From: an uncultured virus (IMG/VR IMGVR_UViG_3300017754_000635)
Taxonomy: Duplodnaviria; Heunggongvirae; Uroviricota; Caudoviricetes
Virus record (IMG/VR): IMGVR_UViG_3300017754_000635
Length of the DNA: 64,000 bases
Reading direction: 5' to 3' (one strand)
The position numbers were made by a program, and so were the translations under genes. Positions 36,875-46,433 of the stretch are shown one piece after another; position 1 is the stretch's first letter, and the number at the start of each line of letters is the position of its first letter. The notes beneath the pieces were generated by a model. It searched no databases and was not told the DNA's origin. It saw only the letters and a list, made by a program, of their open reading frames with translations.

Positions 36875-37030
36875 ATGAACAACATGAAAAAAGTAGCCAA
36901 GGCGGAAGTTAAAGCGCACGAAAAACGTATGCACGGAGCCAAAAAGATGGCAAAAGGCGGCGTGACTTCGGAGCAGATGAAGTCCATGGGCCGCAATCTG
37001 GCGCGTGTGGCTAATCAGAAATCGGGCTGA
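36875..37030 (+). CDS. 51-aa basic xGG-motif protein (not in ORF track)
   Basis: MNNMKKVAKAEVKAHEKRMHGAKKMAKGGV...; AGGAG RBS. Confidence 0.6.
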   Translation: MNNMKKVAKAEVKAHEKRMHGAKKMAKGGVTSEQMKSMGRNLARVANQKSG

Positions 37031-37032
37031 TA

Positions 37033-37290
37033 ATGCCTAAATACTCACACAAGCAGGGCGGCAAAGAAGTCGGCCAAGCTGCTACTTATGCGGAGCCACA
37101 TACTATGGACGGTAAAAAAGCTAAAGCGCAAGTACCTGAGAAGTCAGGCAGAGCGTACATGGATGAGATGAACATCTCGGCTGGCGGGGTTAGCAAAGGT
37201 AACTACAAAGAAACCAAGACCACTGGTATTAAAATCCGTGGTACTGGCGCAGCAACTAAGGGCACTATGGCTCGTGGTCCGATGGGTTAA
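37033..37290 (+). CDS. small basic protein
   Basis: RGTGAATKG...RGPMG C-terminus. Confidence 0.6.
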   Translation: MPKYSHKQGGKEVGQAATYAEPHTMDGKKAKAQVPEKSGRAYMDEMNISAGGVSKGNYKETKTTGIKIRGTGAATKGTMARGPMG

Positions 37291-37292
37291 TC

Positions 37293-38012
37293 ATGACGTA
37301 CAACGAACTGTTCATTGCTGTTAAGAACTACCTGCAAAACGACTTCCCCACAAATACGTGGACGGACGTAGCAGGTACAGGCACGACCACGTCTGACGGC
37401 ACTGAGCAGATCAATGGGTTTATTACGCAAGCTGAAGAGCGCATATATAACAGCGTTCAGGTTCCTCCGCTACGTAAGAACGTCACAGGCTTGACCACAT
37501 CAGGCAACAAGTACTTGTCGTGCCCATCTGATTTCATGTCGGTGTTCTCGATGGCAGTTGTTGATGGTGACGGTAATTACGAGTACCTGCTGAACAAAGA
37601 TGTGAACTTCATCCGCGCAGCGTACCCCAACCCCAGTGACCAAGATATTCCCAAGTACTACGCCCTGTTTGGCCCCACCGTTGTGACCAGTGTTATTACG
37701 GATGAGTTGAGCTTTATTCTTGGCCCCACCCCCGATGACGCTTATACCGTAGAGCTGCACTATTACGCTTACCCAGAGTCAATCACAGTGGCTGCTGACG
37801 GACGCACATGGCTTGGCGACAACTATTCGCCGGTTCTGCTGTACGGTACTATGCTGGAAGCGTATGTGTTTCTGAAGGGTGAAGTTGACGTGATGGCGAC
37901 GTACAAGGCTAAGTACGACGAAGCTATGGCACAGCTCAACCGTCTGGGCACAGGTCTTGAGCGTGGTGATGCATACCGTGATGGTCAGGCTAAGATTAAG
38001 GTGAATCCGTAA
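37293..38012 (+). CDS. tail adaptor-like protein
   Basis: PKYYALF, GPTPD...VELHYY and LLYGTMLEAY. Confidence 0.6.
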   Translation: MTYNELFIAVKNYLQNDFPTNTWTDVAGTGTTTSDGTEQINGFITQAEERIYNSVQVPPLRKNVTGLTTSGNKYLSCPSDFMSVFSMAVVDGDGNYEYLLNKDVNFIRAAYPNPSDQDIPKYYALFGPTVVTSVITDELSFILGPTPDDAYTVELHYYAYPESITVAADGRTWLGDNYSPVLLYGTMLEAYVFLKGEVDVMATYKAKYDEAMAQLNRLGTGLERGDAYRDGQAKIKVNP

Positions 38013-38446
38013 TGGCAATTCAACAGGGCCTTACAAACAGTTTCAAACAAGAGATGCTCCAAGCGGGGCAGAACTTGGCAACCGACACGTTGAAAATGGC
38101 GTTGTACACGGCTTTCTCTGATATTGGTCCACTGACCACTGCGTACACGACAACGGATGAAGTAACAGGTACTGGATATGTAGCGGGTGGGGTTGCGGTC
38201 ACTGGGGCAACGATAAGTACACAAACGACTGGTCCCAACGCCGGCACGGTGTATGTGGACTTTAATAACGTGTCGTGGCCGGGGGCTAACTTTGTGGCGC
38301 GTGGCGCATTGATTTACAACGTGACCCGTAGTAATAAGTCGGTGGCTGTTCTGGATTTTGGTTCGGACAAGACGTTTACTTCAACCAACAATACCGTCAC
38401 TATGCCTGTTAATTCAGCGACGACGGCGCTAATTCGTTTTCCTTGA
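38012..38446 (+). CDS. virion fibre/structural protein
   Basis: KMALYT...GYVAGG...ARGALIYN. Confidence 0.6.
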   Translation: MAIQQGLTNSFKQEMLQAGQNLATDTLKMALYTAFSDIGPLTTAYTTTDEVTGTGYVAGGVAVTGATISTQTTGPNAGTVYVDFNNVSWPGANFVARGALIYNVTRSNKSVAVLDFGSDKTFTSTNNTVTMPVNSATTALIRFP

Positions 38447-38455
38447 GAGGTAGTC

Positions 38456-39034
38456 ATGAGCACAAAAGAGAAATCCAACGTAGCTGATAGCGTGGATGCT
38501 ACGGTCATCACAAACAAAGGACTGCGCGAAGGTCTGGGCGCATCTGGCGTATATACCGTGGTATGTATCGGCGCTGACGGCGTTGAGAAGTGGCGTGATA
38601 CGTTCCCCAATCTGGTGGTCAACTCTGGCTTGCAGTTGATGAACAACACCTTCTTCGCTGGCACTAGCTACACCGCCGTTTGGTATCTGGGCTTGATTAC
38701 CGGTCCCGGATCGGGCACATCGTTTAGCGCAACAGACACCATGTCTTCGCACCTTGGCTGGACAGAGGATGTAACCTATTCCAACGCCAACCGCCCAACA
38801 GTGACGTTTGGTACCGCTACGCTGGCTGATCCCTCGGTGATTGCAACGACTGCGACTTCGTTCTCGATCAACGGTGCGACAACTGTGGCAGGTGCGTTTC
38901 TGACGACTGACAACACCAAGGGCGGCACAACCGGTACGCTGTTCTCAGCAAGTGACTTTACAGGCGGCGACCGTATCTTGGCCTCTGGCGATACACTGAA
39001 TGTGACGTACACCTTCACTCTGGAAGCACCGTAA
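38456..39034 (+). CDS. virion fibre/structural protein
   Basis: Thr/Gly-rich beta protein. Confidence 0.6.
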   Translation: MSTKEKSNVADSVDATVITNKGLREGLGASGVYTVVCIGADGVEKWRDTFPNLVVNSGLQLMNNTFFAGTSYTAVWYLGLITGPGSGTSFSATDTMSSHLGWTEDVTYSNANRPTVTFGTATLADPSVIATTATSFSINGATTVAGAFLTTDNTKGGTTGTLFSASDFTGGDRILASGDTLNVTYTFTLEAP

Positions 39035-39046
39035 TGGGAGTAGGGC

Positions 39047-39430
39047 ATGGCGCTTGTTCTTGCAGATCGCGTTAGAGAGACAACGACCACAACCGGTAAC
39101 GGCACAATCACGCTGGCTGGGGCTGTCGTTGGCTTTCAGTCTTTTGCCGCTGTTGGCAACGGCAACGTCACCTATTACACCATCGCAGGTCAGGGCACTT
39201 CCGAGTGGGAAGTGGGTATCGGCACATACACTTCATCTGGTACAACACTAAGCCGGGACACGGTTCTCTCCTCCAGTGCGGGGGGTACGACCAAAGTGAC
39301 TTTCTCTGCGGGAACCAAGGATGTGTTTGTGGTGTATCCGTCCGAACGTGCTGTGTACTACAACGCCGCAAACGAGCCGCCATTTGACCCGGCGGGAACG
39401 GCAGTGGCCTTATCCATAGCTTTGGGCTGA
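39047..39430 (+). CDS. virion fibre protein
   Basis: MALVLADRVRET...; AVALSIALG C-terminus. Confidence 0.6.
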   Translation: MALVLADRVRETTTTTGNGTITLAGAVVGFQSFAAVGNGNVTYYTIAGQGTSEWEVGIGTYTSSGTTLSRDTVLSSSAGGTTKVTFSAGTKDVFVVYPSERAVYYNAANEPPFDPAGTAVALSIALG

Positions 39431-39434
39431 GAAC

Positions 39435-39761
39435 ATGGCAAATCTATTTAAATCATATCCAAGCAAAAACGTCGGCACATCACCGGCGACTGTCTATACC
39501 TGCCCGTCAGCCACACAGACCACATTGATTGGTTTGTCGATGGCAAACACTTCGGCCTCACCCATTACAGCAGACGCTTATGTGACTCGCTCTGCGGTGG
39601 ACTACTACTTGATCAAGTCGGGGGTGGTTCCAGTTGGCGGCACGTTGGTGATTGTGGGCGGTGAGCAGAAGGTAGTGTTGGAGCCGTCTGATGTGCTGAA
39701 GGTTGTGACTAGTGCTGCTTCGTCTGCGGATTGCTTCGCTTCGCTGTTGGAGATCACCTGA
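39435..39761 (+). CDS. virion fibre-associated protein
   Basis: Beta-sandwich-like, 108 aa. Confidence 0.6.
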   Translation: MANLFKSYPSKNVGTSPATVYTCPSATQTTLIGLSMANTSASPITADAYVTRSAVDYYLIKSGVVPVGGTLVIVGGEQKVVLEPSDVLKVVTSAASSADCFASLLEIT

Positions 39762-40276
39762 TGAGCTACATCGGCTCCACCCCAACGACACAGAGCTTCA
39801 TTGCTGGGACGGACTCGTTCAACGGCACGGGTTCGCAGACGAACTTTACTCTGTCGCGCTTGGTTAACTCGGTCAACGATATACAGGTCGTGGTCAACAA
39901 CGTGGTGCAATACCCACCGAATTACTCGGTATCTGGGACTACGCTAACCATCTCCCCGGCTCCGTCTGCTGGGACGAACAATGTGTACGTGCGGTATTTG
40001 AGCACAACACTGCAAACCTTTGCACCTTCGCAGGGTACGGTGGGGTTAAATCAGCTTGCAACTACAGGAACGCCTAGCACTTCGACTTATTTACGTGGTG
40101 ATATGGCTTGGGCTGCTGCTGGTGCGCAGGACAATATTTTTTACGAGAACGGTCAGACAGTGACAGCAAACCGCACGATTGGCAGTACAACTAACGCTAT
40201 GAGTTCAGGCCCGATTACGATCAATACAGGCGTAACGGTGACGATTGATACTGGCGGTAACTGGGCGATTGTATGA
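39761..40276 (+). CDS. fibre module protein (MSYIG paralogue 1)
   Basis: N-terminus paralogous to 42631..43707. Confidence 0.6.
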   Translation: MSYIGSTPTTQSFIAGTDSFNGTGSQTNFTLSRLVNSVNDIQVVVNNVVQYPPNYSVSGTTLTISPAPSAGTNNVYVRYLSTTLQTFAPSQGTVGLNQLATTGTPSTSTYLRGDMAWAAAGAQDNIFYENGQTVTANRTIGSTTNAMSSGPITINTGVTVTIDTGGNWAIV

Positions 40277-40632
40277 GTACCTTACGAGTCACAACCCTTG
40301 CAACTCAGGCTGGTGTAGAGGTCTACACGGCGAAGGCTTGGGTAAATTTTAATGGCTCAGGTACGGTTGCGATCAGAGCGAGTGGGAATGTGAGTTCGAT
40401 TACGGATAATGGTGTAGGTGACTACACTGTAAATTTTACGGTGGCGCTGGCGGATGCGAATTATGCTTTATCGGTAACACCCGGAGCGGACACAACAAAC
40501 GGGGCTGTTGGATATCAAAACAGTTTAACGGCACCAACCACAACAGCGTGTCGAATTGCAACAAGATTATTAAATACTACCCCCGCCCCGGCGGCTGATA
40601 GGGATTTGGTAATGGCTATATTTTTCCGATAA
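40273..40632 (+). CDS. fibre/receptor-binding module (AKAWVNFNG paralogue 1)
   Basis: Shared core AKAWVNFNG...NVSSITDNG.G.YTVNF. Confidence 0.65.
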   Translation: MSTLRVTTLATQAGVEVYTAKAWVNFNGSGTVAIRASGNVSSITDNGVGDYTVNFTVALADANYALSVTPGADTTNGAVGYQNSLTAPTTTACRIATRLLNTTPAPAADRDLVMAIFFR

Positions 40633-40635
40633 CCC

Positions 40636-40989
40636 ATGAGCACACTAAGACTAACCACCATATCCAACCAGACAGGTTCCTCATCGGTTCCGTCTGAGAC
40701 CGTGATTAACGGTAGTGCCAAGGCATGGGTGAACTTTAACGGTACAGGCACAGTAGCTATCCGGGCGAGCTTTAATGTGAGTTCGATTACGGATAACGGG
40801 GCGGGTAACTATACGGTTAACTTTACAACAGCTTTTGCAGACGCAAACTATGCTACGCAATACATGAACGACAACGGTGCGAGATATTTGTGGATCGACA
40901 CTGTTACTACGTCTTCCGTAAAAGTTTATTGCTTTGGCCCCTCGGCGTATTTTGATACCGGCATTAATTGCGTTTCTGTTTTCCGCTAA
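40636..40989 (+). CDS. fibre/receptor-binding module (AKAWVNFNG paralogue 2)
   Basis: Same core. Confidence 0.65.
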   Translation: MSTLRLTTISNQTGSSSVPSETVINGSAKAWVNFNGTGTVAIRASFNVSSITDNGAGNYTVNFTTAFADANYATQYMNDNGARYLWIDTVTTSSVKVYCFGPSAYFDTGINCVSVFR

Positions 40990-40995
40990 AAGACC

Positions 40996-41394
40996 ATGAG
41001 CACACTACGAGTCACCACAGTAACGAACCCATCAGGCGGGCAACCGACGATTGCTGGCTTGGCAAAAGCTTGGGTCAACTTTAACGGAACCGGAACGCCA
41101 GCTATTCGCGCATCATTGAATGTGTCGAGCATTACGGATAACGGGGTGGGTGACTATACGGTGAATTTTACCAATGCGCTTGAGGATGCGAATTATGCTG
41201 TTGTGGGTATAGGTAGAAGAAATGGTGGGGCGTCTAACAGCGGGTATGGCCCTGTTGTATCAATAAGCGGGGCAAATGACCCTACTACAACCACACTTAG
41301 ACTTTGGACGGTGGATGTTCAGGCATCTAGTTCTGCGGCAAGTATTGTTGTTGTTTCTGATCTATTAAGTGTTAATGTCGCTATTTTCGATTAA
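40996..41394 (+). CDS. fibre/receptor-binding module (AKAWVNFNG paralogue 3)
   Basis: Same core. Confidence 0.65.
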   Translation: MSTLRVTTVTNPSGGQPTIAGLAKAWVNFNGTGTPAIRASLNVSSITDNGVGDYTVNFTNALEDANYAVVGIGRRNGGASNSGYGPVVSISGANDPTTTTLRLWTVDVQASSSAASIVVVSDLLSVNVAIFD

Positions 41395-41406
41395 CAAGGA
41401 GTAACA

Positions 41407-41598
41407 ATGAGCCAGAGAATTATTTACCCAACTGATGACGGCGGTGTCGCTGTCATTATCCCAACGGCTGAGTGTGGCCTGACGATTCAACAGATCGCAG
41501 CCAAGGATGTCCCGATGGGCAAGCCATATAAAATTGTGGATGTAAGCGACGTGCCATCAGACCGCACGTTCCGTAACGCATGGGAGTATGAAGCATGA
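41407..41598 (+). CDS. putative fibre assembly chaperone
   Basis: Small protein following the fibre genes; DRTFRNAW. Confidence 0.55.
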   Translation: MSQRIIYPTDDGGVAVIIPTAECGLTIQQIAAKDVPMGKPYKIVDVSDVPSDRTFRNAWEYEA

Positions 41599-41825
41599 TT
41601 AAGATCAACATTACCAAAGCCAAAACCATTGGTCACGATATGCGTCGTGCTGCTCGTGCTGAAGAATTCAAGCCTTACGACGACGCTATTGCCAAGCAGA
41701 TTCCGGGTCAAGCCGAAGGCGCAGAAGCCGCCCGTCAAGCTATCCGTGAGAAGTACGCAGCTATCCAGACTAGTATTGATGCAGCAGCAACACCTGACGA
41801 GATTAAAGCAGCACTGGGGATTTAA
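41595..41825 (+). CDS. putative fibre assembly chaperone
   Basis: Small helical protein, coupled. Confidence 0.55.
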   Translation: MIKINITKAKTIGHDMRRAARAEEFKPYDDAIAKQIPGQAEGAEAARQAIREKYAAIQTSIDAAATPDEIKAALGI

Positions 41826-42359
41826 ATGGCAATCGACAAGATACCAAGTGTGGCACTAGATAGCGGCGTTCCGACGAGGGCGCAGTTGCCCGCTGGGTCT
41901 GTGTTGCAGGTTGTAAGCGCAACTAAGACAAATACGTTTTCTTCAGCGTCTAGTACATTTACTGACATTACTGGGTTGTCTGTAACTATTACACCAACTA
42001 GTTCAACCAGCAAAATTTTAGTTATGGCGACGACAAATGCTTCTGGGTCAGGTGGTAGTTATACAGCAAGTACAAGATTAGTTAGGGACAGCACGGCTAT
42101 TTATGTTGGTGATGCCGCAGGGTCTAGAATACAGGCAAGCGTTTCAGCAAGAAACACTGATACCGGCGACTCTCGTATGCACGTAATGGTGTTTTTAGAT
42201 TCTCCGGCAACAACTTCCGCAACCACTTATAAAGTACAACTAGCTTGTCAGGAGAGTAATACAATTTATGTAAATCGCGTTTTTGATGACCAAGATGTCG
42301 GAAATGCTGCAAGAGCACGAACTGCATCTTCAATCACTGTTATGGAGATAGCAGCATGA
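41826..42359 (+). CDS. fibre module (paralogue of 43711..44202)
   Basis: LQVVS...TDITGLSVTITP...DSPATTS..TYK...MEIA. Confidence 0.65.
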   Translation: MAIDKIPSVALDSGVPTRAQLPAGSVLQVVSATKTNTFSSASSTFTDITGLSVTITPTSSTSKILVMATTNASGSGGSYTASTRLVRDSTAIYVGDAAGSRIQASVSARNTDTGDSRMHVMVFLDSPATTSATTYKVQLACQESNTIYVNRVFDDQDVGNAARARTASSITVMEIAA

Positions 42360-42631
42360 ACCACGATGCTATTTACGCTCTCTATCCTAATGTGGTCACG
42401 GTTGATGACGGCACTGGTGCGTTTGATGCACAAGGCAATAAAGTTGAAATCGACATGGCAGCGGTTGCTGCTTGGGTAAACCCCAACGCCTACAAGTACC
42501 AACGCGCAGCAGAATACCCAGATTTCCGCGACTACCTTGACGGCGTAGTAAAAGGCGACCAAGCGCAGATTGATGCGTACATGGCAGCTTGTCTTGCAGT
42601 GAAAGCGAAGTATCCGAAACCGGAGCAATAA
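42356..42631 (+). CDS. putative fibre chaperone (paralogue of 44199..44462)
   Basis: AIYALYPNVVT...YQRAAEYP...VKAKYPKP. Confidence 0.6.
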   Translation: MNHDAIYALYPNVVTVDDGTGAFDAQGNKVEIDMAAVAAWVNPNAYKYQRAAEYPDFRDYLDGVVKGDQAQIDAYMAACLAVKAKYPKPEQ

Positions 42632-43707
42632 TGTCATACATCGGCGCACAACCAACCACCGGCTCGTTCCCGTTTGATCAGTTCAGCGGTAACGGATCAA
42701 CTACGGCTTTTACGCTGACGTATGCGCCAGCAAGTACGACTTCGATCATCGTTGCGGTATCAGGTGTAGTTCAGAACCCAAACACCTATAGTTGCATCGG
42801 CACGACCCTGACATTTACGGGCGCACCGCCATCGGGTACGAACAATATTTCCGTCCTCTACTTAGGACTCCCCGTCATCGGGGTCTCATCCCCCGGCAAT
42901 ACGGCGTACTTCTCATCGACTTCGTTTACAGCAACTGCAAGCCAGACTACGTTCACCCCAAGCGGCAGCTACCAAGTAGGCTTCATCAACGTCATCCGTA
43001 ACGGCTCCCAGCTTGCCCCTGCTGACTACACAGCAACGAACGGAACGACAGTAGTGCTGAACAACGCTTGCACGGCTGGCGACATCGTAGTCATTGAGGT
43101 CTATACCCTGACTTCTATCGCTAACGCAATCCCACAAGGCGGCGGCACATTCACAGGCGGGGTTGCTGGTACGACGTTTACGGGGTCTAGTTTTACTGTA
43201 CCTACTGGTACGCTGTATCCGCTGGTGTCTGGTACTGCGGTAAGTGCATCTGGTACGTCTGTTGACTTCACAGGTATTCCAAGTACGGCAAAACGGGTTA
43301 CCGTGATGTTTAATAACGTATCAACCAGCAGCACGAACGCGCCGGTGCTACAAATTGGGCCGGGAACTAGCCCAGAAACTTCTGGGTATACCGGTTATTC
43401 TGTTACGCATGGTGGTGCTGGTGTTAGCTATCACGCATACAGTGCTGCATATTCAAGCGATATTAAACTTTACGCTACAACATGGTCAGCCGCATACCCG
43501 CTTACTGGAAAAGTTGTTTTTGATTTACTGGATGCCACGACAAATACTTGGGTTGTTGGTGGAATGATCGTTATTATAGGTAACACTAATACTGAGACTA
43601 CAATTGTTGGCGCTAAAGCATTGGCTTCATCTTTGGGTATGGTTCGCGTAACTATTAACGGCACAGACACCTTCGACGCTGGCACAATCAACATCATGTG
43701 GGAGTAA
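42631..43707 (+). CDS. tail fibre protein (MSYIG paralogue 2)
   Basis: Repeated beta modules; DTFDAGTINIMWE C-terminus. Confidence 0.65.
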   Translation: MSYIGAQPTTGSFPFDQFSGNGSTTAFTLTYAPASTTSIIVAVSGVVQNPNTYSCIGTTLTFTGAPPSGTNNISVLYLGLPVIGVSSPGNTAYFSSTSFTATASQTTFTPSGSYQVGFINVIRNGSQLAPADYTATNGTTVVLNNACTAGDIVVIEVYTLTSIANAIPQGGGTFTGGVAGTTFTGSSFTVPTGTLYPLVSGTAVSASGTSVDFTGIPSTAKRVTVMFNNVSTSSTNAPVLQIGPGTSPETSGYTGYSVTHGGAGVSYHAYSAAYSSDIKLYATTWSAAYPLTGKVVFDLLDATTNTWVVGGMIVIIGNTNTETTIVGAKALASSLGMVRVTINGTDTFDAGTINIMWE

Positions 43708-43710
43708 CAA

Positions 43711-44202
43711 ATGACACGCGCAGTTAATACAGCGTTAGCCGGAGCGGGCGGTATTTTGCAAGTGGTGAGCGTGGCTAAGACGGATGTGTTTAGCACAACA
43801 GCTACTTCGTTTACCGACGTGACGGGGCTGACAGTGACGATTACCCCCAAGAGCGCCAGCAATTATATTTTAGTACTTGGCTCAGTTGAGTTGGGTGCAG
43901 GGCCTGACGTTGGGTTTATACGCCTCATGCGAGATTCAACGCCTATTCAAATTGGTGACGCTGCGGGGGTTAGAATTCAATCTACCGCGCAGATGCGGAA
44001 CAGTGTCGATACAGCAGATGCGGACTCTTGTGCGATTGCTTATAAAGATTCACCGGCTACAACATCGCCCGTAACTTACAAAATACAAACCTATGCGTAT
44101 GGGGGTGTAACTGTAAGAATTAACGCTTCTGCGGATGATGCAAATCAAGCCAACCGTGGTCGAACAGCGTCTACGCTAATTCTTATGGAGATAGCAGGAT
44201 GA
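43711..44202 (+). CDS. fibre module
   Basis: Paralogue of 41826..42359. Confidence 0.65.
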   Translation: MTRAVNTALAGAGGILQVVSVAKTDVFSTTATSFTDVTGLTVTITPKSASNYILVLGSVELGAGPDVGFIRLMRDSTPIQIGDAAGVRIQSTAQMRNSVDTADADSCAIAYKDSPATTSPVTYKIQTYAYGGVTVRINASADDANQANRGRTASTLILMEIAG

Positions 44203-44462
44203 ACCACACCGCTATTCGCGCTTTATACCCCAACGTGGTCACGATTGATGACGGCACAGGCGCGTTCGATGCGCAGGGCAACAAGGTTGAGATTGACGAG
44301 GCCGCAGTTAATGCGTGGGTAAACCCCAACGCCTATAAATATCAACGCGCAGCCGAGTACCCATCATTTGCGGATCAGTTTGACCTGTTGTACCACGGCG
44401 GCTATGACGCATGGAAAGCTGCGATTGATGCAGTCAAGACAAAGTATCCGAAACCGGAGTAA
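44199..44462 (+). CDS. putative fibre chaperone
   Basis: Paralogue of 42356..42631. Confidence 0.6.
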   Translation: MNHTAIRALYPNVVTIDDGTGAFDAQGNKVEIDEAAVNAWVNPNAYKYQRAAEYPSFADQFDLLYHGGYDAWKAAIDAVKTKYPKPE

Positions 44463-44465
44463 AAC

Positions 44466-45485
44466 ATGGCATTAACAACCGTCTCCCCCGGACTGCTCGA
44501 CTCCACCGCGCAGTATTACAGCTTCAAGAACCGGATTATTAACGGTGCGATGGGTATTTGGCAGCGTGGCACTTCTTTTGCGGCTCCTGCGAACTTAGCC
44601 TACACGGCTGATAGATGGTTTTCTATATGGGGGACTGCAAATAGAACCATATCAAGACAGGCTGGGTTTTCTGGCTCTCAGTATTGTATGCGTGTTGCTC
44701 GTAACTCAGGAACAACAGATGCCGCATATTCTGGGGTAATTCAAATAATTGAAACAAATAATCTTATTGATCTTCAAGGACAAACTGTAACATTATCTTT
44801 TTCGGCAAGGCGCGGTGCAAATTATTCAGCCGCGTCTAATGCAATGATTGTTTATTTGCAATGCGGAACAGCAGCAGACCAAGGAAGTTCAGTATATTGG
44901 AGTCCGGGGTGGACAGGCTTAACAAGCCCAATAGTTTCAAACGTAACTTTATCTACTACAGAACAAACGTTTTCTTTACAGGCAGCTATACCAGCCAACT
45001 GCCAAGAGATCGCTATTACTTTTCAATATTTATCGGCGGGTACTGCTGGCGCAAATGATTACTTTGAGATAACAAACGTACAACTCGAAAAAGGCAGCAC
45101 AGCCACCAGCTTTGACTACAGGCCGTATGGTACGGAGTTGGCGTTGTGTCAGAGGTATTACTTTAGGTATGACGGTGGTCAAGGAAGTGGCACATATGCT
45201 TTTTGTTCTGGCTCAATATACGGCGCAACAACAACGTTAAGAGCTTATCTGAAATTTCCAGTAACAATGCGCGCTGGTCCAACACTTTCTTATGCTGGTG
45301 CTCTTGTCGGAAGTGGCGGTAGTAATGATAACAATGTGTCCGCCATTGCAACACAGTTTACAGGCACAGACTCTGCACTAGTGGATTTTACAGTTGCTGC
45401 TGGAACGGTTGGACAAGGAAAAATTATATATGTTACTAGTGCTGCTTACGGGACCAACTTTATTCAAGGAGCAGCAGAACTATGA
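44466..45485 (+). CDS. tail fibre/receptor-binding protein with carbohydrate-binding-like domain
   Basis: KNRIING.M.IWQRG, ADRW and VQLEKGSTATSF...ELALCQRYY. Confidence 0.7.
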   Translation: MALTTVSPGLLDSTAQYYSFKNRIINGAMGIWQRGTSFAAPANLAYTADRWFSIWGTANRTISRQAGFSGSQYCMRVARNSGTTDAAYSGVIQIIETNNLIDLQGQTVTLSFSARRGANYSAASNAMIVYLQCGTAADQGSSVYWSPGWTGLTSPIVSNVTLSTTEQTFSLQAAIPANCQEIAITFQYLSAGTAGANDYFEITNVQLEKGSTATSFDYRPYGTELALCQRYYFRYDGGQGSGTYAFCSGSIYGATTTLRAYLKFPVTMRAGPTLSYAGALVGSGGSNDNNVSAIATQFTGTDSALVDFTVAAGTVGQGKIIYVTSAAYGTNFIQGAAEL

Positions 45486-45646
45486 TGTACAAACTAACAA
45501 AACCGATTTTTGAAGGCGCTACAGTAGGTTGCATAATCCGCATAGAAGATGGCGCTGCTATCCCCTTCGATCCAGCCAACACCGACTACCAAGCGTATTT
45601 AAAGTGGCTTGAAGAAGGCAACGTACCGGAGCCAGCGGAGGAATAA
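45482..45646 (+). CDS. putative fibre chaperone (54 aa, not in ORF track)
   Basis: IPFDPANTDYQAYLKWLEEGN. Confidence 0.65.
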   Translation: MMYKLTKPIFEGATVGCIIRIEDGAAIPFDPANTDYQAYLKWLEEGNVPEPAEE

Positions 45647-46431
45647 TGCTATTTGCTGACGGCTCGTTTTGTGCTGTACCGTTTTGTACGCCTACCCCGC
45701 GTACGTGGAACACTGATGTCTCCGAAACGGCACAAGGCACGGACTCCGTCACAGCAGTAGCCACCATCCCGGTCAGCATCTCTGAAATAGCGCAAGGTCA
45801 AGATACGGTCGCAAACATCGCAACCCTGTTGGCTGACATCGCAGAGACCGCCGAAGGCACAGACACTGTTACCAACGTAGCTACAATCCCGGTCAATATC
45901 GCCGAAACAGCCGAAGGCACAGATACGGTCACAAACACACTGGATGCCGCCGCTGCGATTGCCGAAATACTGCAAGGGGTTGAAACCGTCTCAGCCCAGC
46001 TTGACGCTGTAGCAAACATTGACCCATACGCGCAGGTGTCCGATACCATTACGTCTGCCGGGTCGGTACAAAGCGTTGTCTGTGCTGAAGTAGCGGATTT
46101 GACTGACACACCGACGAACACCGCAGTCCTTTTAGCCAGCCTGTCTGAAACAGCGAACATCGCCGACTCTGTTGCCAACACCCTGACTGCCGTAGCTTTC
46201 GTATCGGAAACTGGAACAGCCGTTGCTTCTGTGGTAAACAGCCTTATTGCCGTAGCCGTCGTGGCAGAGACAGCCCAAGCGTTTGACTCCATCGTCCAGC
46301 GCCTATTGTGGGAGTTGATCGACGACAACCAGACGGTAAACTGGCAGGTAATTAATTCGAACACGAACTCTGGCTGGGTGGTGATTGACACAGACACGCC
46401 ACCGGGCTGGACCAAGATAGATACGATATAG
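45646..46431 (+). CDS. acidic 20-aa-repeat virion protein
   Basis: About 10 repeats of ETAxGxDxV-type units. Confidence 0.65.
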   Translation: MLFADGSFCAVPFCTPTPRTWNTDVSETAQGTDSVTAVATIPVSISEIAQGQDTVANIATLLADIAETAEGTDTVTNVATIPVNIAETAEGTDTVTNTLDAAAAIAEILQGVETVSAQLDAVANIDPYAQVSDTITSAGSVQSVVCAEVADLTDTPTNTAVLLASLSETANIADSVANTLTAVAFVSETGTAVASVVNSLIAVAVVAETAQAFDSIVQRLLWELIDDNQTVNWQVINSNTNSGWVVIDTDTPPGWTKIDTI

Positions 46432-46433
46432 AA

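Noticed and set aside
39761..45646. Diversity-generating retroelement or shufflon
   Set aside because: No reverse transcriptase or recombinase ORF. Paralogue differences do not look adenine-specific, and all modules share one orientation.
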